DNA of 64,000 nt, taken from assembly GCA_963785305.1 (NCBI GenBank), contig CAWAUV010000004.1, forward strand, positions 288,001 through 352,000, written 5' to 3'. This DNA comes from an uncultured Planctomycetaceae bacterium. Lineage in GTDB: Bacteria; Planctomycetota; Planctomycetia; Pirellulales; PALSA-1355. The notes beneath the pieces were generated by a model. It saw nothing but the letters and a program-made list of their open reading frames with translations. It made no database searches and had not been told where the DNA came from. Below are positions 57,401 through 64,000 of the stretch, in pieces. The translations under genes and the position numbers were made by a program. Position 1 is the stretch's first letter; each line of letters begins with the position of its first letter.

Positions 57401-58870
57401 CGAGCAGCACCTTCCAAGCCCGATCGTCTTGCGGACCGAAGGATTTTTCCGGCAGCCGAGCCGCTTCCGCCTTGCGAGCCAATTGCTCGGCCGTGTCGAC
57501 GTCGCCGGCGGCCAGGGCCGCGCGGGCCTGGGCCAAGGTGAAGAGGACTTGTTCTTTCGACATCGCGGTCGAGCGCGCGACGGCGCCGGTCGCTTGATGG
57601 ACCGTGTTCGCGGCCCCGGCGGCGGCCCCTTCGGCACGGCGTATTCCGGCGTCGGCCATCGCGGCCACCGCGCCGGCTTGAACCACGGCGCCGTCTTCGA
57701 CCGCGTTGAGTGCTTTCCGCTCGGCGTTGATCTTGCTGATGAGCCCCTCGGGCTTGGCGTCGAAGGGTCCGTAGTTCGCCTTGAGACGGCTAGCGTCCAT
57801 GGCCAATCGTTCGGCTTCTTCATATTCCTTATAGCGCATCAACTGCTCGGCCTGCTCCATGAGCAAGTCGGCGTATTGCCGGCGCCAACCATCGCCTTGG
57901 GGCTGGCCGGCGCGAAGTTCGGCGATCTCCCGGCTCTGCGCAAGAGGGCGTCGACCTTGGCCGGAGTGTCGTCATGAAGCGCGTAGACGACATTGAGCGC
58001 CGCGGCTTCCTCGACCAGCGCGGCCGCGCGGCGAAGATCGTTTTGCGCAATCGCCCGCCGAGCCGACAGCACCAGCGCATCGCTCCGGCGGCGCGCATCG
58101 GGATCGGTATTGGCCACGGGCTTGAGCATGGCGGGCGCTTCACGAATGTCGGCTTCGACCGCGCCTTCGGGCGGAGGTCCCGCATCGAGGCGGCGACCAA
58201 AAGGACTGAGCGCGCCGGTGGCTTCCGAACGCGCCATGCCGGGCATGGCGGCGCCATCGTCGCTCGGTGGTCGCGAGATTTTGGTATTGGCGCGGCCGAG
58301 CGTGGGATCGCCCGAATCAGCCGCTTTGTCTAGGAGCGCGCCGGCGTGGCGGGCATCGTCCGATGGCGGCGCGCTGGGTTTGAACTGGTTGGCCGGCGAC
58401 TTGGCTTCGGCCCGGGCCACGCGGCGGCGCTGATCGAGATCATGGCGAGCTTTTTTCGGTGTGTCGCCCAGGTGGAACACGCCAAAGTCGACTCGCATCG
58501 CCTCGGCGCGGCCGACGAGCGAATCCGCCAATTCGAGATTGCCGTCTTTCATGGCCTGGCGGGCGCGACCGAGCAGTTTTTCGACCTCTTGGCGATCGGC
58601 GACCGTCGGGCGCGAACGGCCGAGGGCGGCGGCCGGCACGCTCGTCGTGGCGGGCGCCGCGGCGGTCGAGCCCGACGGACCGCCGGTGGTCGAGAAGCCG
58701 GAGCTGGCCGGACCAGCGCCGGCTTGTCCCACGGCGTCGGTCGCCAGCATCCAAGGCACGGCCGGCCCGGCGGCCGAGGCGATTGCCGCCGACGCCAGCA
58801 CGGCGCCCAGCGGAAGGGCCAAAAGCAGTTTCGAGGCGTTCAACTCGATTCTCCTTATCAAGACTCGCAT
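54491..58870 (-). CDS. Very large secretin (GspD/PilQ-like) with helical-repeat N-terminus, several indels
   Basis: Signal peptide; ADFDSLIQLITSTIKPTSW, LQVTIEVRFI, QAPKVTLFNGQ, TTVSVPDGGTVLLGG, GVPILSKLPYINRLF, MMVTPRII over five track ORFs. Confidence 0.88.
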
Positions 58871-59528
58871 CGCGCAGTCCTCGCTCCAAACCTGAAGTGT
58901 CGCATTGTCCCTGCCCCGAGGTCCGCCGCCGAGCGCAAGCCCAACGTTCGCCGGCGCTCTGGGGTCGGATCGTTGTCGGCGGCGCGCAGCGTCGTGCAAC
59001 GCGCCGTCGCGCACGACCATCGTGGTCGCGTAATGGATTCGTTATGAATTAATTTGTTTGGCAGTTGCTTGCATGCGGGGCGAATGCCCCCGGTCGTCGA
59101 ATGGATGCGTTGCTTGGTTCCGGCGTCGGGAGCCGTATTGCTCGGCTCGGGCCCGAAAGACTCGCGTCGCTGGGATCGCTCGTGAAAAGAACGGTCGTAT
59201 TTCGAAAAGAGGTCCGATGAGAGCGGGATAAATACCGAGCCGCCCCCAAGCGGTCAAGGGCAGTTCGACACGAAATTCGGAAACGCGAACAACGGGCTAC
59301 GATCAACTTCTCCGCGCATCCCCCCCTCTCTCCCTGGGAGAGAGCAGGGAGAAGGCCGGTCGTGGGCGGGGCCAACGTTCGTCGAATCCGCTGGCCGAGC
59401 AATGAAAATGCACACGGCGGGAGCCGAGCTCCGCCGCGGCGCCCCATCGGCTCCGCGCGGCCGCTTCTGTAGATTATTTCTGCATCTGACGCCAGACCGT
59501 TCGACCTTTGTTTTGCGAGGTTCCCGCC

Positions 59529-60926
59529 ATGCCGATTACCGCCGCCGAAATGCTCTCCTGGACCCAAGCCATTTTGGGAGTCGATCCGAAGCAGCCCAAA
59601 CGCACGCTGCAAGAATATCTGGCGGCGATCCCGCGGCTCGACTCGCTCGCCTCGTTGCCCAGCGGAACCACGGTGCTGGTGCGCGGCGATATCGACGCCA
59701 AGCCAGGTCCCAAGGTGGGCGAGGGCGATATTCGCCTCCAGTCGATGGCCGAAACGCTCAACTACGGTCGCCAGCGCGGCTGGAAGCAGGTGATCTTCGG
59801 CCACATCGGCCGCAAGCCCGAGGAATCGCACAAGAAAGTCGCCGCTCGGCTGGCGGAAATTCTCGGCTGCGATGTGCCGCTCGTGACCGATTGGCTCGAC
59901 CCGGCCACGACCACGATTCTGCACCATATTCGCGAGGCGATCGACCAAAGCAAGCCGGGCAGCGTGCTCTTGCTTGATAACTTCCGCCGCTACGATATCG
60001 AGCGGCACTTGTGGAAGGCCAAGCCCGCCGACTTGCCCGGCCTTGCCGATTCGCTCGCTCGGCTGGCCAACGAGTTCTCCGCCAAAGTCGCCGAGGTGTA
60101 TGTGAACGAGGCCCTTTCGGCCGGCAGCCTCGATGCCTCGAGCACCGTGGTTCCCATCGGCATGAAAAAGGTGGCGCTCGGGGCCTATGTGGGCAAGGAG
60201 TTCGACGGGCCGATGCTTCGCTGCCTGGCGGCCGATCTGGTCGTATTTAGCGGAGTGAAAATCGACAAGCTCGATGATCTCGAGGCCGTGATCGGCCGCG
60301 GATCGGTCAAAGTGGTGTTTGTCGCCGGATCGCTGGCCATGGCGCTCAAGAAGGCGGCGGCCCAGCTTGCCGGAAAAGACTTCTGTCTGGGTGTGGCCGA
60401 AAAAACCGATCATGCCGACAAGGTGTACTACATTCCGCCCGAACGGGTCGAACAGGCCCAGCGGATGCTCGCCGAGGGCAAATCCAAGGGCATCGAATTC
60501 GTGTTGCCGGTGGATTTCGTGTTGCAAGACGCGCGCTCGAGCGACACGATCGGCCCCGACGATCAGCAATTCGACGTCGGCCCGCGCACCAGCGAATATT
60601 TCGCGGAAAAGATCGGCGAGTTCATTGCCAAGTCGGCTGACCGCAAAGCGATCGCCTTTCACAACGGCGTGTTTGGCATGTTCGAAGACCCGCGATTCGA
60701 AGACGGCACTCGCAAATTCGTGGCCCAATTGGCCCGGATGCACGCGGCCGGCCTTGAGGTGTATGTGGGCGGCGGCGAGGGCGGGGCGGCGCTCGAGCGC
60801 TATGGCAAGCCGAGCGATATCACGCACTGCTTTACCGCGGGCGGCACGGTGCTCAACGCCCTGGGCAGCGAACCGGTGCCGTATCTCGTGGCCCTGGCAA
60901 TGGCCGCCGAGCGGAACCGCAAGTAG
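59529..60926 (+). CDS. pgk: Phosphoglycerate kinase family protein (divergent)
   Basis: VLVRGD, GHIGR, LLLDNFR, VYVNEA, LPVDF, DVGPRT, NGVFGMFE, GGGEG. Confidence 0.85.
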   Translation: MPITAAEMLSWTQAILGVDPKQPKRTLQEYLAAIPRLDSLASLPSGTTVLVRGDIDAKPGPKVGEGDIRLQSMAETLNYGRQRGWKQVIFGHIGRKPEESHKKVAARLAEILGCDVPLVTDWLDPATTTILHHIREAIDQSKPGSVLLLDNFRRYDIERHLWKAKPADLPGLADSLARLANEFSAKVAEVYVNEALSAGSLDASSTVVPIGMKKVALGAYVGKEFDGPMLRCLAADLVVFSGVKIDKLDDLEAVIGRGSVKVVFVAGSLAMALKKAAAQLAGKDFCLGVAEKTDHADKVYYIPPERVEQAQRMLAEGKSKGIEFVLPVDFVLQDARSSDTIGPDDQQFDVGPRTSEYFAEKIGEFIAKSADRKAIAFHNGVFGMFEDPRFEDGTRKFVAQLARMHAAGLEVYVGGGEGGAALERYGKPSDITHCFTAGGTVLNALGSEPVPYLVALAMAAERNRK

Positions 60927-61516
60927 CGGCGGCAAGCTCCGCTCGGCGCTTGGCGAGGTTGAAAAGCCTCTGGCGCCGCGCTCGGAAATCCGCGAAACCC
61001 GACACGACCGGCGATGTCGATTGTCCGCCCGCGCGCTTGGCTGGCCGCGCACGTGCGCGGGCCGATCGTCAGGCGATTTTTTTTCTTTAGAAGGGCGATC
61101 GCCCTTGGCCTCGGGCGTTGTTCGCGCATTGGCCGGCGCTGCCGGCGTAATCGTCGCGACGCGCGCATTTGCGCGGTCCGCGTCGTTGATCGGGCATTTC
61201 CGCGGCGAGCTGAACCTGGCGCCGCGTCGTTCGGCGGCAACGCATTCTTTGGCAAACGCAAGGGATCAGGGCGTCATAAACGGTCAGGTCGGCATTTTGG
61301 TTGCGGAGGACTAGCTCGGATCGGCTCTTTGCGAAATCTCGCTAAATCGCAACGCCTGGGTCGACGATACCCCACGGTAGATCGATCGAGAGTTGCAACC
61401 AAGCTGCATTGCTAGCTTCCGCGCGTGGCGCCCGAAAGAGCGTGGGCGCGAGGGAGCGAGAAGTCCGAGTCGTCCCCTAGTAGTATTTTTGACCTTCCCG
61501 CTTAGGAGTGAGATCC

Positions 61517-62012
61517 ATGAAACTGCGATTTGCCCTGTCGGCCCTGTTGTTGGTGGCTGGCCTGTTTGTCGCGAGCGCCCAAAGCGCGAGCGCTGGCCTC
61601 TTCCATGGTTGTGGTTGCGAACCTTCGTGTTGCGCTCCGGAACCGAGCTGCTGTGCGGCCCCGGCTTGCGAGCCGAGCTGCTGCGCTCCGGCTCCTTGCT
61701 GCGCTCCGAAGTGCCGTCGTCACCACTGCTGCCACCTGATGTCGATGCTGCACCACTGCTGCAAGCCGAGCTGCTGCACCCCGGAACCGAGCTGCTGCGC
61801 CGCTCCGGCGCCGGCCTGCGAACCGAGCTGCTGCGCCTCCGGCTCCTTGCTGCGCTCCGAAGTGCCATCGTCACCACTGCTGCCTGCACCACCTGTTCCA
61901 CCACTGCTGCAAGCCGAGCTGCTGCGCTCCGGCTTGTGAGCCGAGCTGCGGTTGCGCGGCTGCTCCCAGCTGTGGCGCCCCGGCTGCTCCCAGCTGCGGC
62001 TGCGGCGGCTGA
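61517..62012 (+). CDS. Secreted Cys/His-rich repeat peptide (extra C near 61836)
   Basis: AGGAG RBS, signal peptide ending ASA-G, repeats CEPSCC and CRRHHCC; corrected frame ends ...[12 protein letters not shown] at 62012. Confidence 0.85.
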
Positions 62013-62078
62013 GCAACAGGTAGGGCTCGATAGCGTCGAGCGACGTTGCTCCACGTTTGCTTGACTTACAATCTGATC

Positions 62079-62124
62079 GAAGCGGCCCGTCGGCGATAAA
62101 AAGCCGCCGGGCCGCTTCCGTTTT
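62079..62124 (+). terminator. Intrinsic terminator
   Basis: GAAGCGGCCCG / CGGGCCGCTTC stem then TTTT. Confidence 0.75.
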
Positions 62125-62220
62125 ATACGGCGCGCGAACACGGCCGGAACAGTCGCCGGAGCTGTAACTTCGCGCCTAGTGCTTTGTCACGGCTGCAATG
62201 ATGGATTGGATTCGTTCCGT

Positions 62221-62460
62221 GTGCCATGCCCACGGCCTTGCGTGGGCATGAGGACTTCGCGTGGCGCTTGAAAACATGTTCACTCAAGGCAGTGGGCATG
62301 GCACACGCGCAAACCGAATTATCCATCATTTCAGCCGTGAACGAGCAGTAGTGCGTTGTCAACGCGTCATTCAGGGATTGAGCGCCATGCCCACGCTTGC
62401 GTGGGCATGTCCTATTACGGTGATCATCCAAGCATGCCCTCGCAAGCGCGTGCATGGCGC
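62221..62460. repeat. Cluster of four REP-like palindromes in two inverted pairs (REPIN/BIME-like)
   Basis: GYGCCATGCCCACG..TTGCGTGGGCATG at 62221 and 62382; inverted copies at 62275 and 62432. Confidence 0.8.
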
Positions 62461-62945
62461 CCAAACGAAGAATTGGCTCTTCCGTTTTCGAGCGCGAGCG
62501 GCGCCCCCGACGTATTGCACTGGGTGGATCACGGAAGCCCTCGCCGACGCTTCGGGTTATGACGGAAACGCCATCGGATCCCAAGCCGAAGCGTCGGCGA
62601 GGGCATGCTGCCCAAAACGAAATTTGACGACGCACTAGAGAGAAACGTGCGGCGCCAGGCTTAGAGCGGGGAAGTTCACAATCGAAATTCAAGAGTCCCT
62701 AAAGCCCATCCGCGCTCGAGCCGCATTTCAACAAGTGCCCGCCACGCTGAATTCAGTTGAGACGCGAACCCACTCATGGCCGTGAAACGCTCGGGCGAGC
62801 TATTCGCGAAGTTTGCCCAACGGCAGTAACCGCGCCGGACGACGAGCGACCGACACGGGCGCGAAATCCCGAGGACGACACGCGAGGTCGTTCATCGCGA
62901 AAATTTCAAAGCGGTTTACCTATTCCGACCCGCTCGCGCTTTGGC

Positions 62946-64000
62946 TCAGTCGACGATCTGCGCGGCGAACACGGGCGTGGCGCTTACCGGAACCGCGGGG
63001 CCGACCGTGGGCACGTTGATCGCCTTGTTGAGATCGATTTCACGATCCGAATCGCTGGCGGCGATGTAGCGCTTCACGAATTCAACCGTTTCCTCGACGA
63101 CATCCGCCTGGATCAGCACCAAGTCGCGCGGCTGGGCCGAAAGGAGCGCCGCCTCGACCGCTTTGAGTCCGCCCTGGATTTCCACGATGTCGCACACCCG
63201 GCTGCCCTGGTCGAGACCTTGGCGGAATAGGCCCATGATCTCGCCCGGCGCCCGGCCGCGGAGGTAATGGTCTTCGTACAAGATCACCTTGTCGAAGCCA
63301 TCGCCCAGGATTTCGCCCTGGCGCACCATGTCGATATCGCGACGATCGCCGGCGGCCGAGTAGACGCAAATGCGTCGCTCGTGGGGAAACTGATCGAGCG
63401 CTTCGATCAGCGCCAAGAGCGCCGAGGGATTGTGACCATAGTCGACCACGACCGTCGCCCCGCCGATTTCGAGCAGGTTGAATCGGCCGGGCGATTTTTC
63501 CAGGTCGGCGGTAAACGATTCGAGCCCGGCGCGGATCGACTCGCGCGACACGCCCAGCCCCCAGGCGGCGGCGGCGGCGGCCAACGTGTTTTCCACCTGA
63601 AAGCCAATACGGCCCCCATGCGTGAGCGGCGCATTGGCCAAGGCCACGATCGGGGTCTCCATCGCGCCCTCAGCCGCCACGATCATTCCCTGGCGCACAA
63701 ACATCGCCCGGCCGCCCTTGGCTCGGTGGGCTTCAATCACAGGATCGTCGGCCCGTTGGGCAAAGAAAATCACCGAGCCTTTGCAATACGAAGCCATGCC
63801 GGCCGTGTAAGGATCATCGGCCTTGAGCACCGCATAGCCATGCGGCAGCACCACATCGACCGGGCAGCGTTTCACCTTGGCCAGCGTTTCGAGGTCTTCG
63901 ACATCGTGCAGCCCCAGGTGATCGCCCTCGCCGATATTGGTGACCACGGCCACATCGCAGAAGTCGAATCCGAGCCCGGCCCGCAAAATGCCGCCCCGCG
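62946..64000 (-). CDS. cphA: Cyanophycin synthetase, C-terminal Mur-ligase part (partial)
   Basis: RGGILRAGLGFDFCDVAVVTNIGEGDHLG, PGRFNL, VDYGHNP, AGDRRD, LRGRAPGE. Confidence 0.9.
   Translation of the reverse strand, partial: RGGILRAGLGFDFCDVAVVTNIGEGDHLGLHDVEDLETLAKVKRCPVDVVLPHGYAVLKADDPYTAGMASYCKGSVIFFAQRADDPVIEAHRAKGGRAMFVRQGMIVAAEGAMETPIVALANAPLTHGGRIGFQVENTLAAAAAAWGLGVSRESIRAGLESFTADLEKSPGRFNLLEIGGATVVVDYGHNPSALLALIEALDQFPHERRICVYSAAGDRRDIDMVRQGEILGDGFDKVILYEDHYLRGRAPGEIMGLFRQGLDQGSRVCDIVEIQGGLKAVEAALLSAQPRDLVLIQADVVEETVEFVKRYIAASDSDREIDLNKAINVPTVGPAVPVSATPVFAAQIVD

Noticed and set aside
59049..61052. Long antisense or overlapping ORFs (also 49745..51403, 24341..25819, 41579..42922, 1700..3046)
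   Set aside because: Shadow frames of real genes in high-GC DNA with no recognisable domains
61610..62460. Short repeats considered as a CRISPR array
   Set aside because: Coding Cys repeats and inverted REP pairs; no constant repeat-spacer period and no cas genes

Overview
GC-rich planctomycete (Pirellulales-like) chromosomal window, identified from a solitary 16S rRNA gene carrying planctomycete signature sequences. Many conserved genes have single-base indels, most likely long-read assembly errors. The flanks hold housekeeping and metabolic genes (PfkB kinase, glgP, DEAD-box helicase, hemW, serC, xylB, YifB/ComM, clpS, an atypical pgk, cphA), a divergently arranged chemosensory cluster (cheA-cheW-MCP versus cheR-cheB-cheY-cheC-hybrid kinase), a giant stand-alone secretin and a secreted Cys/His-rich repeat peptide. 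The main accessory region (about 21.1-33.9 kb) is an array of five 5'-truncated (orphan) Rhs toxin modules with different C-terminal tips and membrane-anchored, LRR-type immunity genes, rearranged by an IS66 and an IS3 that both lack target-site duplications. The most unusual signal is a ~175-bp non-coding element repeated in front of two orphan modules. It contains the same 14-nt boxA-like motif found in the 16S rRNA leader of this window, suggesting rRNA-type antitermination of toxin-immunity cassettes.
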